A stretch of DNA of 64,000 nt from Mobula birostris (lineage: Eukaryota). The position numbers and the translations under genes were made by a program. Numbering within the stretch: the stretch's first letter is position 1; every line of letters begins with the position of its first letter. The stretch spans positions 9,042,998-9,106,997 of the forward strand of contig NC_092374.1 in assembly GCF_030028105.1 (NCBI RefSeq), in the 5' to 3' direction. Shown in pieces: positions 46,363 through 59,106 of the stretch. The notes under the pieces were generated by a model that had not been told where the DNA came from, did not search any database, and saw only the letters and a list, made by a program, of their open reading frames with translations.

Positions 46363-47694
46363 ATGTTGGGCAAAAAGAGGGCAAAATAGTGATGTAGAGT
46401 TCATGGACCATTCAGAAATCTGATGACAGGAGAAAGAAGCTGTTTCTAAATCACTGAGTGCACTGCAGTGCTTCCAAACTAGACAGTGATACTCTCCATG
46501 GTGCATTTGTAGAAACTTGCTAAAAGTCAAAGTTCAAAATAAATCTACTATCGAAGTACACATATGTCACCATATACAACCCTGAGACTCGTTTTCTTGC
46601 AGGCATACTCAATAACTCCTTAACAGAATTATAAAGCAACTTGGGTTTTCAACCGGTGTGCAAGACAACAAACTGTGCAAACACTAAATGAAAGAAATAT
46701 ATTGATAAGTAAATAAGCAGTAAATATCGAGAACATGAGGTTGTGGGAACATTTCAATCATGGGACAAGTTAAGTTGAATGAAGTTATCTCTTTCGGTTC
46801 AAGGGCCTGATGGTGGAGGGTTAATAACTGTTGGTATGAGTCCTGAGTCTCCTTTACCTTCTTCCTAGAGGCAGCAATGAGAAGAGAACATGACCTGGGT
46901 AATGGGGGACCATGATGATAGGTGCTGCTCTCCTGCAACAGTGCTGCATATAGATATACTCAGTGGCGGGGAGGGCTTTACCCATGATGAACTGCTACTG
47001 CTTATAGGATTTTCCATTCATTGGTAACATACCAAATCTCCTCAAAGTCCTAATGAAATATAGCTGCAGTACTGTGGGTATCTATTGGAGATTCATCTCT
47101 TCAGTTGGCTGAACAGCACACCCTTGGCATATTGTCCAGGAACAGCCACACACACTAACAGCACCCACTGGGCGTCCCACCAACCCCCACAATCCAGTGG
47201 CCTCAAGGGTTCAAGGTTGACTGAATATGTAGGCAAGGTTAAAGCCAGTAAAGCAGCTACGAGATCAGGACGTGGAGGCCAAAGATCTTGATGTATTTGA
47301 CCTTCCTCCCACCAGCAAGCAAACAAGGACCAGAGCTGGAAATGTAGCACTGAGGAAGAGGAGGTAAGCAGAATAGGGAAAATGGGTTGCTAGGTCAGGT
47401 GAGAGCTGCCAGTCTGGGAGGAATGAGCATGGGGGAGAGTGGACTGTCAATGGGGACTATCAGGGCTGGGGAAAGAAGTGTGAGATGCAGGACAGGAGGG
47501 GCTTTCAGGGTGGGGGAAAGGCACTTTCAGAACACAGTCTTCTGATGTAAGGGAGAATATTATAACAGAGGAAATATAAGAATGACTAGTCCACTTTGCC
47601 CTTTGAACCTGTTATACCTGTCTGCTGATATTCAACACAGACTGAACCTGGAATTTCCCACTATTGGAAACAGCCTCTCCACATCCACTGTATC

Positions 47695-48080
47695 TCATCA
47701 TCATATCAATGTGCTGTGTCGTATGACGTGGGCGATCAGGGTCTTTCACCATGATTGTTTTAGGCAAATTTTTCTACAGAAGCAGTTTGCCATTGGCTTC
47801 TTCTGGGCAGTGTCTTTACAAGACGGGTGACCCCAGCCATTATCAATACTCTTCAGAGATTGTCTGCCTGGTGTCAGTGGTCGCATAACCAGGACTTGTG
47901 ATATACACCGGCTGCTCATACGACCATCCACCACCTGCTCCCATGGTTCCAGGTGCCCCTGATCAGAGGGCTAAGCAGGTGCTACACCTTGTCCAAGGGT
48001 GACCTGCAGGCTAGCAGAAAAAAGGAGCACCTTACACCTCCTTTGGTAGAGACGTACCTCCACCCCACTGCCCACCATTC
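47695..48080 (-). mobile_element. Short interspersed repeat with (ATG)n-type tail; related copies at about 18720-18960 (+) and 30700-30900 (+)
   Basis: Shared ccaggcagacaatctctgaagagtattgataatggctggggtcacc...cttgtaaagacact core. Confidence 0.7.
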
Positions 48081-48583
48081 TAACTAGACTTTTCAATATT
48101 TAATATGTTTCAATGAGATTCCCTCCTCACTCAGTGAGTACAGACCTTTTGACTTTAATAATAAATAAATAATAATAATAAAAATAAAAAATATTAATAA
48201 ATCAGAGTCAAAAACCCAAAGTCAATTAAACCCTTTAATTCTCGGAATCATCCTCTCCTATGCCAGCACATCCTTTCTTAAATACGAAGTTCGAAACTGC
48301 TCACAATACCCTGTACTCCAAGTATAGTTTGGCCAATGCCTTATAAAGTCTCAGCATTACAGCCTTGCTTTTATAGAGCATAGAACAGCTTTTCATTTCA
48401 TGGTGCCTGTGCTGACCATGATGCCAACTTCAACTGATCACACCTGCCTACAGACAGCTTTCATCTTTGTTTCATTAGCTCCTAACAGGTCACCTCCCCC
48501 GAGGTAGAGACAGGGCAGTTTTAAGGAGGTAATGCAGTGGGGAGGAGATGAGGAAGAATTTTAACTATTTGTGTATTTTGCAG

Positions 48584-48655
48584 ATCCCCACGACTCTCCA
48601 AGTCATGGTCTTTACAGTAAAGTCCAATTTCCAATACCCAGACGCACGAAGACAG
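48584..48655 (+). CDS. Exon 9: cytoplasmic DPHDSPSHGLYSKVQFPIPRRTKT
   Basis: Acceptor tttgtgtattttgcag with tttaac branch, GTAAGG donor, 72 nt, phase 1-1. Confidence 0.85.
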
Positions 48656-49429
48656 GTAAGGAAATTAAAATGCGTAGTGAGTGGCAAACTACCAGTGGGC
48701 ATCCCCTGAGAGTTCCTGTTCCCATCTGGCAGGATTTCATACCAATCAAAGAAGCCACCCATGCTAAACACACTTTTGAATTCAATAAAGGAATTAGTAA
48801 AAAAAATATGAGAGTAATCTAGCGAAAAATGTCAAAAAAATGACAAGGGAAAAAACTTGCGAGGACCTGTGCGTCTCTGATATCAAAAACAATGGGAATA
48901 CGGGAGAGGACTGTAGTTTTTGATGCACCCTAGATCAAGGTCTCGTTGAGGGCTTTTGCTATTGTTTGCATGGTGAGAGGAGGGGTGGTTGTTCGTTACT
49001 TGCTGGTGCAAGTGGGGGGGGGGAGAGGGAAGGTCGATGCCTCTGTTGCTGCTTGCGCAACGGAAGAGGGAGGGGGACTTTGGGGTTCTGATATCTCTGT
49101 TATTCATTCTTTGGTTTGTTCTGTTTCGTGGACGTTTGCGAAGAGTAAGAATTTCAGGTTGTACAGTGCAATGCATAAAAATTGCTATGTTACAAAAGCA
49201 AATAGCGCAAAAGATGAAGGACAAGAATTTACTCGGAGGACCACATCATCAGATAGGTGATAGCATTAGAGCAACAGGCTGCCAAAGGACTGCAACTATA
49301 TTGTGCAATATGGCAAGTCAGTTTGCAGTGATAAACACATGGCTGATGTTCAACACCTTGGTTTAACTATACATTGCCCTAGGCTGGGCTAGATCTTTAC
49401 TTAAATATATTGCTGGGCGGCCACACTTT

Positions 49430-50585
49430 CTACTCATAAACTACTTAACGAGGTAAGAGCCCATGGAATTACGGGAAAGTTATATACATGGATAGAGTGT
49501 TGGCTGATTGGCAGGAAACAGAGAGTGGGAATAAAGGGATCCTATTCTGGTTGGCTGCCGGTTACCAGTGGTGTTCCACAGGGAGCCGTGTTGGGGCCGC
49601 TTCTTTTTAAATTGTACATCAACGATTTGGATTATAGAATAGATGGCTTTGTGGCTAAGTTTGTTGATGATACGAAGATAGGTGGAGGGGCCGGTAGTGC
49701 TGAGGAAATGGAGAGTCTGCAGAGAGACTTGGATAGATTGGAAGAATGGGCAAAGAAGTGGCAAATGAAATACAATGTTGGAAAGTGTATGGTTGGCAGA
49801 AGAAATAAACGGGCAGACTATTATTTAAATGGGGAGAGAATTCAAAGTTCTGAGATGCAACGGGACTTGGGAGTCCTCGTACAGGATACCCTTAAGGTTA
49901 ACCTCCAGGTTCAGTCGGTAGTGAAGAAGGCGAATGCAATGTTGGCATTCATTTCTAGAGGAATAGAGTATAGGAGCAGGGATGTGATGTTGAGGCTCTA
50001 TAAGGCGCTGGTGAGACCTCACTTGGAATACTGTGGGAAGTTTTGGTCTCCTTATTTAAGAAAGGATGTGCTGACGTTGGAGAGGGTACAGAGAAGATTC
50101 ACCAGAATGATTCCGGTAATGAGAGGGTTAACTTATGAGGAACGTTTGTCCGCTCTTGGAATGTATTCCTTGGAGGTTAGAAGAATGAGGGGAGACCTCA
50201 TAGAAACATTTTGAATGTTGAAAGGCATAAACAGAGTGGATGTGGCAAAGTTGTTTCCCATGATGGGGGAGTCTAGTACGAGAGGGCATGACTTAAGGAT
50301 TGAAGGGCACCCATTCAGAACAGAAATGCGAAGAAAATTTTTTAGTCAGAGGGTGGTGAATCTATGGAATTTGTTGCCACGGGCAGCAGTGGAGGCCAAG
50401 TCATTGGGTGTATTTAAGGCAGAGATTGATAGGTATCTGAGTAGCCAGGGCATCAAAGGTTATGGTGAGAAGGCGGGGGAGTGCGACTAAATGGGAGAAT
50501 GGATCAGCTCACGATAAAATGGCAGAGCAGACTCGATGGGCCAAATGGCCGACTTCTGCTCCTTTGTCTTATGGTCTTATGGTCT
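49430..50585 (+). mobile_element. CR1 RT/3' end, relatively well preserved
   Basis: 229-aa ORF (GVPQGAVLGPLLF, KFVDDTK, VRPHLEYC) followed in frame after one stop; (CTTATGGT)n tail. Confidence 0.92.
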
Positions 50586-50959
50586 AAACTGATCAGTTTA
50601 TGAGTAGTTCTCAGGAACAGAATCCTACCATAAACCAAGGAGACCTGCAGCAGCATCTCTCAATAACTACATTAAAATCCTAAAATGACTGTAATTCTGA
50701 GGCTTTGGTCAGATCACACTGGAGGTATTGTAAAACGCAAACACGGGAAATCAGCAGATGTGGGAATTTCAAGCAACACACATAAAAGTTGCTGGTGAAC
50801 GCAGCAGGCCAGGCAGCATCTCTAGGAAGAGGTACAGTTGACGTTTCAGGCCAAGACCCTTCGTCAGGACTAACTGAAAGAAGAGCTAGTAAGAGATTGG
50901 AAAGTGGGAGGGGGAGGGGGAGATCCAAAATGATAGGAGAAGACAGGAGGGGGAGTGAT

Positions 50960-51500
50960 CCCCTCCTGTGAGCAGTTTGTGAGCAGTTTTAGGCCCCTTA
51001 TCTCAGAAAGGACATGCTGGCATTGAAAAGGGCCCAGCGGAGGTTCACAAGAATGATCCCAGGAATGAAAGGGTTAATGTGTGAGGAGTGAGGAGATGGC
51101 TCTGGGCCTGTACTCACTGAAGTGGGGTGGGGGGGAATCTTATTGAAACCTATCAAATACTGAAAGGCCGAGATAGAGTAGACATGAAGAGGATGCTTCC
51201 ATTATTGGGAGAGTCTAGGACCAGAGGGCACAGCCTCAAAATACAAAGACATCACTTTAGGACAGAGATGAGGAGGAATTTCTTTCAGCCAGAGTGAATC
51301 TGTGGAACTCATTGCCACAGACTGCTGTGGAGGTCGTCACTTAAAGCAGAGGTTAACAGTTCTTGATTAGTAAGGAGGTCAATCCAGAAGGCAGGAAAAT
51401 GGGGTTGAGAGGGTTAATAAATCAGCCATGATGGAATGGCGGAGCGGACACGAGGGGCCAAATGCCCTGATTATGCTCTTATGTCTTATAGTCCTATGGT
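50960..51500 (+). mobile_element. CR1 3' fragment
   Basis: aggttcacaagaatgatcccaggaatgaaagggtta...atgtcttatagtcctatggt tail. Confidence 0.8.
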
Positions 51501-51527
51501 TTTAAAACAGAATTGTTTCTCTTTCAG

Positions 51528-51574
51528 CTGCAATTTATGCAACAGTTGCCCATCCTGATGAACAGTCTTCAGAC
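51528..51574 (+). CDS. Exon 10: cytoplasmic AAIYATVAHPDEQSSD (or read-through VSND* to 51589)
   Basis: Acceptor ttgtttctctttcag in phase 1, IYATV motif, GTAAGC donor in phase 0. If the donor is unused, the stop is TAA at 51587-89. Confidence 0.72.
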
Positions 51575-52689
51575 GTAAGCAATGATTAAACTCTCTGTGA
51601 GTGGACCCTTGCCCCTGCTACTTTAGGACAACGTTGAAGGAGTTGCGAATCCTTGGTTGAATTGGAACTCTTGAGACCCAGGACCTCTGTGAGGGCTCCT
51701 CGGAAATGAAAATGTCTCTCACTGCGCCAGGATGTCCTAGAACACTTTCTTAGAAGTGATGCACTTCTGAAGTGCAGGCACCATTGTAAGGAAGCGGGTC
51801 TCAACCCAAAACGTCAACCATCCCTCTGCCTCCAAAGATGCTGTTCAACTCACAGACGTCCTCCACATTCCGGTGTCCCCAGCCTCCTGTGTCCACGCAG
51901 CTGGATTCCACTCAAGAATGGCAATGAGTAAACTGGTGTTGTATGAGGAGTATGTTGTTAATAGTGCTAGACTTCCTGGTGCTAGAGTAAGTTATAGCTT
52001 TGAGAATTACACTTACTTTAACATCTCGATAATCTCTGTTTGCTAGTTTTCTTGGTCTTTTCATTCCAATGCCAGATTTGGCTTTGTGACCATCTATATA
52101 ACTGGGGAGCTACTCAATTGGTTCAGAGAAGTGTTAGAGATCAAGAAGTTATGCTTAGTATAAATGTTTTTTTTTGTTTTCTTTTGGAAAATAGAGAATT
52201 AACACAAGTAAAGGGAAAGATTTGGGAAAGGGATAAAAAAATGAAAAAATTAAGTAAATAAGTACATAGGGATTGGATAATTATGTCTGCGGGCAGGAGC
52301 AAGCATGAACAAATTAGGATATAAACACCTACAATGGTTGATACATAGGCTTATATACAACATTTTGGACCAGTGGAAATGGTCCAGAAGGGTTATATGG
52401 AAACTATTATTACCATTTTTCTTAAAAACTAATTCCATTACTTAGCCTAATAGGTTAGATTTACCACAGTACATAATTATCTACTTAAATGTTTATTTTC
52501 CATTTATATCATCTCAATGTGTACTTAAGAATGTATAAATAATTGTAGTTTTATACATATAAAAAAATGGAAAAGGTTATATGTGTGAAAAAAGTACATG
52601 ATATTTGTGAATTCCTTATCCAAATAAAAATAAGATTAAAAAAAAAGAATTTTGACTAGGTGTACTTGGATATGGAGATATGGTTTTTT

Positions 52690-55600
52690 TTGTTGGTTAT
52701 TTTGAGCTTTCAAGGGTGATGGGAGTTGTGGGGGGAGGGAGGGACAGGGGTAAGGGAGTGCTGTTTGGGATCCATTCATTTCTAATTACCGATAGATTTA
52801 CAAGGTCCAGAAAAGATCAAAAACATTATCATATAGATGATAAAAACTGAGATGGTAAGAGGTCAGGGGGATTTAAATTTTGTTCTGGATACATATTTAG
52901 ACAGATCTTCCAATCGGAGGGCATTACCATCAAAGGCAAGGAACCTGCTGAAAACATATATAGACAATATGAATCTGTGTGAGATATGGAGACTGATTCA
53001 ACCCAACAGGGAGAGAGTATTCATTCCACCCTAGAGTTCATAAGGTATATACTCAGATTGACTTTTTCCTCCTTGATGGCAAAATACTGCTGCAGGTCGA
53101 TAACGTAAGATATCATAATATTGTCATCTCAGACCACAGCCCTGTTACTTTTTCACTGGAGCTGGGTGAGTCGACACAAATACATAGAAATTGGAGGTTT
53201 ACTCTTCAGCTACTTACAAACCCAAAATTTTGTGAGTATTTAGAATTGCAAATTTTATTGTTTTTTGAGACAAATGATAATAGTGAAACACCCCCAGGAC
53301 TACTATGGGAAACATTTAAAGCTTATGTTAGAGGATGTATAATTTCTTTTCAGTCTTCCCTAAAGAAACGTAGTGGAGCAGAACAAATAGAACTAGAAGA
53401 ACAAATACGTAAACTAGACGTGGAGAATGCGCGACAACCATCCGCAGAAAAATACAACAGAATTTCAGCATTAAGATTACAAACTTAACCAAATACTCTC
53501 AGAAAGGATGTGCAAAGCCTTTCTGTTTACAAGACAGAATTTCTTTGAATTTGGTGATAGACCGCACAAATTGCTGGCAGGGCAGCTACGCAAATTGGAA
53601 AGTGATCGGGCCATTCATAAAATTAAATCAGACTCGGGCACGCCATTGGTGTCACACAAAGACATTAATCAAAGATTCTGTCAGTGTTATGAAAAATTAT
53701 ATACATCTCAATATAATGTACCGACGGGGAGTGTGCACACATTTCTGGGCACTTGTAGGCTACCTTCACGCAATCTGACGGAGTGTCAGACTTTGGAAGC
53801 AGAGATTACAAATGACAAAATAGAAAGAACAATAAGATCCCTGAAAAATGGCAAGAGTCCAGGTTCGGATGGAATAGGTAATGAGTTTTATAAGAAGCTT
53901 AGTGAGTTATTAGCAACTTATATGGTAAGGATGTACAGAAAGTCATTTGAAACTGGCAGGTTACCCCAAACCCTGAACGAGGCCATTATCACGTTTATTC
54001 CAAAGAAGGACAAAGACCCAGAGGAGGTAGGATCTTATAGGCCGATTTCACTGCTAAATTCAGATCAGAAAATTTTGGCTAAAATGCTGGCAAGGAGACT
54101 CACTCAGCAGATAAATAAATTGGTACGCTCAGATCAAACAGAGTTTGTCCCTAAAAGGAATTCTTTCTATAACATCAGGCTCCTTCTTAATATAATGCAC
54201 CCCCTAAGACATCCTAAGAAAGACCTTATAATATTAAGTTTAGATGCATAGAAAGCATTCGACCAAATGGAATGGCAATACCTCTACGAGGTTTTGAAAA
54301 AATTTGGAATGGGAGTCAAATTTATAACTTGGATTAAGCTACTGTACAGTAACCCTAGTGCTAAAATACTAACTAATCGGACCCTCTTGGAACCATTCAG
54401 TTAGCACAGGGGCACAAGACAGGGCTGTGCATTAAGTCCCTTATTGTTTGCGTTGGCCCTGGAACCACTGGCGGAGACTATACCTTCTCACCCCGAAATT
54501 TATGGGTACAATACAGAATATACTATCAACAAAATTTCCCTTTATGTGGACGATGTTTTGTTGTTTGTAGCGAAACCATATATTACTATTCCAGTTTTGC
54601 TGGAAATAGTCAATTTATTTGGCACTTTCTCGGGGTATAAGATTAATTGGAGGGAAAGTGAATTTTTCCCGGTCCGAGTAGAAGAACAGGAGGGGCTTAA
54701 ACAATTTCCATTCAAAATAACCCTTGAGAAGTTTACTTACCTTGGAATTGTAATAACCAAAAGGTATAGTTCTCTATTTGAAGCAAATTTTATCCCTCTA
54801 ATTGAAAAGATATAAAAGAAAGTAGGATTTTGGAAGACACTTCCAATTTCTTTAGTGGGTAGAGTAAATGCAGTCAAGATGATCTTTCTTCCCCAACTGC
54901 TCTTTCTATTTCAGAACCTGCCCCTCTATCTTAACAAAACCTTTTTTAAAGGATTAGATTTGATAATTCTACCTTTTATATGGAATTATAAAGCCCATCG
55001 AATTAGGAAAGAACATCTCTGCAAGAATAAGACTAGTGGGGGGCTGACATTACCCAACTTTATTTTTTATTACTGAGCTGTTAACGTTAGCCATATAGCA
55101 TACTGGATAGATGATACAGTTGTATTTCCCGGATGGCTGGAGATGGAGCATGAGGATTGCCTACCATATTCCATAGGGGCAATCATTATGTCCCCTATTT
55201 GGTTAAATAAAGCCTGTTATAGAGGCAATCCCATTATCCATAGCACCATACAGACGTGGAGGCAAATGGGGAAGCATTTGAAACTCAGAACATTTTCTTT
55301 TCTTGTACCTATATCAGCGAACCCCTCTTTTATCCCCTCATGTATAGATGGGGCCTTTGATGCATGGTGAGAAATAGGGGTACTTATTGGACACTTACAC
55401 ATACAAGGGATTTTTGCATCATTTTGGCAGCTCCAGGACAAGTTCGGATTGCGAAAGAGTCATTTTTTCAGGTATCTCCAGCTAAGACGCTATATAAGAT
55501 CACATCCTTTTGGTTTTCAGACGGCAGAACCTGATAAATTAGATAATCATTTAAGATCATGTTTAGGGACAGAACACATCATCGTCTCTCTGTATGATGC

Positions 55601-56445
55601 CATACAAAACAAGTGTCATACAACAATGGATAATATTAAAAAAGAGTGGGAAAAGGAGTTGGGTACAGCGATAGAGGAGGTTATATGGAATGAGGCTTTG
55701 GAGTATGTTAACTCCTGTTCCATCAATGCCAGGCATTGTTTAATACAATTTAAAATCCTACATAGACTTCAAAGTAAGGATTCATAAAATATTCCCAGAG
55801 GTGTCCCCAATGTGTGAGGAATGCAAGTCCTCGGAGGCAAATTTGGTACATAGTTATGCTTTATGTCCCAGGATACAAGAGTATTGGGAGCAAATATTTG
55901 AGGTCCTATCAAAGGTACTAAAGGTTCAGATAATACCAGACCCCATTTTAATCATTTTTGGAACTTCTGCGAGGGCAAATAAATTCCAGGCTACCCAGCA
56001 ACAACTCCTGACCTGTGGCATACTTAATGGAAAGAAACTCATACTGATGTTCTGGAAAAAGGAGGAAGCTCCATCACTCAGACAATGGCTGGCTGCATTA
56101 ATGGATACTCTGCATCTAGAGAGGATAGGATACGTTATCAAGGAATTTGAAAAAATCTGGCAACCATTACTGTTGTATTTAGAAGAGACCGACAGCTGAA
56201 CTAAGTGTGGGGGGTGCTAGGACCTAAACAGCACATACGAGAGGGGTGAGGGAAGGGTAGGGCTGGGGAGGGGAAAGGAGACGGGGTGGTAGGGTTTCCT
56301 TTGCTTTTTGCTTGTTTACTAAACATACATTCATTTGACTTTCATTATGCTGTTCCAAGAAAGAAAAGAAAAAAGAAGCATTGTACTTTAGGACATTGTC
56401 GGTTGTGGTTAAGCTGATGTTGCTTCACAATAAAAGCATTTGAAA
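52690..56445 (+). mobile_element. L1-clade LINE (second family), near-complete ORF2 (APE-RT-Cys-rich), multiple stops
   Basis: GDLNFVLD...DR, ISDHSP, LWETFKAYVRG, KSPGSDG, YRPISLLNSDQKI, ISLYVDD, GGLTLPNF, FFRYLQLR, CEEC...HSYALC; 3' UTR with caataaaa. Confidence 0.92.
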
Positions 56446-57499
56446 ACCAAGAATGGTAATCAATAGATAACAAGTAAATATTGGGACATTATCTTTCGTG
56501 AAATATTCCCCCCACATATGTTCAAGTCATGCAGCCACCACATTGTTGTGAAATTGGAACCCTGTGTGCCTTTTGTGGAAGGAAATGAGGTGTCCCTGCA
56601 TGAGTTAACACATTCAGCGAAAATAACTCCTTCCTGATATGTGCCTGTGAAATGCTTCAGCAAGCCACTCAGTCCACGTGGGACTGAGTCTGTCCACAGT
56701 TAAGTATAGGCCATAAATATAAGCCCACCCGTAATAAGAACAATTCCCTCTGTGTGATATTTTCCTTCACTCCTACCAATCATTGCATTACAAACTTTTA
56801 ACCGCCCCTAATATTTCAAAGTTCAAAAGTTCAAAGTAAATTGTATTATCAAAGTACATATATGTCACCATATACAACCCTGAGATTCATTTTCTTGTGG
56901 GCATACTCAACAAATCTATAGAATAATAAGCAGAAGAGAAACGATGAAAGACCGCGCAACTAGAACATTCAAACAAAGTGCCGAAGAAAACAAACTGTGC
57001 AAATTGTCGGCGTTTGGAAGTTCATGGTAGGGAGAGTTTCTCCCTTCTGCCGCTTGCGTTAGATGATAAGTCGATCGGGACTTTGAGACTTTTTTTTACC
57101 GTGCCCATGGTCTGCTCTTTATCAAATTATGGTATTGCTTTGCATTTGTATTGTTGTAACTCTATGTTATAATTATGTGGTTTTGTCAATTTTAGTCTTG
57201 GTTTGTCCTGTTTTTTTTGTGATATCTTTCTGGAGGAACATTGTATCATTTTTTAATGCATGCATTTCTAAATGACAATAAACAAGGACTGAGTGTCCTC
57301 ATAATCTAAAAAATACAAAAAAGAAGGAATAATAATAGTAAATAAATAAGCAATAAATATCGAGAACATGAGATGAAGAGCTGTGGGAACATTTCAATGA
57401 CAGAGCAATTGAAGTTGAGTGAAGTTAACCCTTTTGGTTCAAGAGCCTGATAGCTGAGGGGTAGTAACTGTTCCTGAACCTGGCAGTATACAGGTAGGA

Positions 57500-58920
57500 A
57501 AAGGGCGGCCAAGTGATCAAATTCCCCAAAATGTGGTCAGTATTTGCACCGAGGTCTGCAACCCAAATAGTAGACAAAGCAAAATGATATTTATCGGAGT
57601 TAATAATCAGTCCCTGTTGGCTTAAGCACTTGAAAAATGTGTGGAGATGTGATAAGTGTTCAGTTTTGGATGTGCTTCTGACAAGTGTGGTGTCAGGATA
57701 AAAAAAAGAAAATCTCAGTCTTTTAACACAGGTTGCTGGAAAGCCTGATTTGCATTTTTCACTCCAAATGCTATGCATAGAAACTCAAATAAGCCAAGCG
57801 GGGTTTAACAGCAATTTTGGGAATGTCCTCAGCACAGACAGGCAATTGATGGTAGCCACTGACTAAGTCACTTCAGAAAAAATTATCTTTCCAGCTAAAC
57901 AGAATCAGAATCAGAACTGGCATGTGTCGTAAAATTTGTTAACTTAGCAGCAGTTCAATGCAATACACAGTATAGACGAAAAAATAATAATAAGTAAATA
58001 AACAAATAAAATACAGTACAAATATATTGAATAGATTAAAAATAGTGCAAAAAGCAGAAATAATATATACTAAAAAATGAGGTAGTGTCCAAGGGTTCAA
58101 TGTCCATTGAGGAATCGGATGGCAGAGGGGAAGAAGCTGTTCCTGAATCGCTGAGTGTGTGACTTCAGGCTTCTGTATCTCCTACCTGATGATAACAGTG
58201 AGAAAAGGGCATGCCCTGGGTGCTGGAGGTCCTTAATAATAGAAGCTGCCTTTCTGAGAAACCACTCCTTGAAGATATCCTGGCTACTTTTGTAGGCTAG
58301 TACCCAAGATGGAGCTGACTAGATTTACAACCTTCTGCAGCTTCTTTCGGTCCTGTGCAGTAGCCTCCCCCCACCCATACCAAACAGTGACACAGCCTGT
58401 CAGAATGCTCTCCATGGTACATCTATAGAAGTTTTTGAGTGTACTTGTTGACATGCCAAATCTCTTCAAATTCCTAATTAAGTATAGTCGATGTCCTGCC
58501 TTCTAATACCAATTGTTTGCCATAAATGTGTTGAATATATGGGGGTGGGGGTGCCCTTGTTAAGGAAAAGGTAATTGCCACATGGATGGCAACTACCATT
58601 GGGCTTAGCCACCATGTGCAGGGATGAAGCCCAATGGCTATTTAACCTGTGTACGATGCCAAGCATTGCCATTATTAGCAAACTCAGCCTTCACGTTCTT
58701 CAGCTTTCCTGAGCCGAGTCTACGTGCACAAGCGTGCATCGGCCAGCCGGTTGTGGAATTGTGGTGCCCAACCCCGTGCTTTGTGACTGCACTGGAAAAT
58801 TTGGCTTGGTGAGGTTTGGGAATTTGCCCAGCAGGCCAGTAAATTCACATGTGGAGGCACATATGCTAGACAGAGCTGTTGAGGGGGATTTACTGGGAGT
58901 AAGTACAGGGTAATGACCCA
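57500..58920 (-). mobile_element. Old Gypsy RT remnants (57500-57745, 58490-58920) split by a Rex-type 3' fragment (57900-58480)
   Basis: MLGIVHRLNSHWASSLHMVAKPNGSCHPCGNY and EHLSHLHTFFKCLSQQGLIINSDK resemble Gypsy RT segments. Confidence 0.65.
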
Positions 58921-58968
58921 AAGTCATTTGTAGTTCTTTAGATATACTAACAGTCCTTTGGTGCACAG

Positions 58969-59106
58969 GAAATCTACGCTGAGCAGAGGCCTAGCAACTT
59001 TAGCCAAGATGAAGTCCCATGTATAGCATCATCTACTGAAGCAGAACGTCATTCATCGTGTCCCATAAGTCCAGCTCCTGCTGTTGCTTTGAAACCTGAG
59101 CTTTAA
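58969..59106 (+). CDS. Probable terminal exon EIYAEQRPSNFSQDEVPCIASSTEAERHSSCPISPAPAVALKPEL*
   Basis: Perfect TACTAAC branch point at 58945-51, acceptor cacag, phase 0 matching the exon-10 donor, 45 open codons starting with an IYA motif, TAA at 59104-06. Confidence 0.5.
   Translation, partial: EIYAEQRPSNFSQDEVPCIASSTEAERHSSCPISPAPAVALKPEL

Noticed and set aside
47316-47363. AG...GTAAGC exon-like segment
   Set aside because: It has a stop in phase 1 and lies in or next to an old minus-strand RTE-like remnant (…KGVLFSQLK).
32944-51574. Calling the tail motifs canonical ITIMs/ITSMs
   Set aside because: The Y-2 residues are P, Q, P, G and A, which do not fit (I/V/L/S)xYxx(L/V) or TxYxx(V/I).
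51901-51986. Exon-like segment with a GTAAGT donor
   Set aside because: The acceptor derives from a pLTR remnant. Phase 0 gives an early stop, and the open frame needs a phase-1 upstream donor; not supported.
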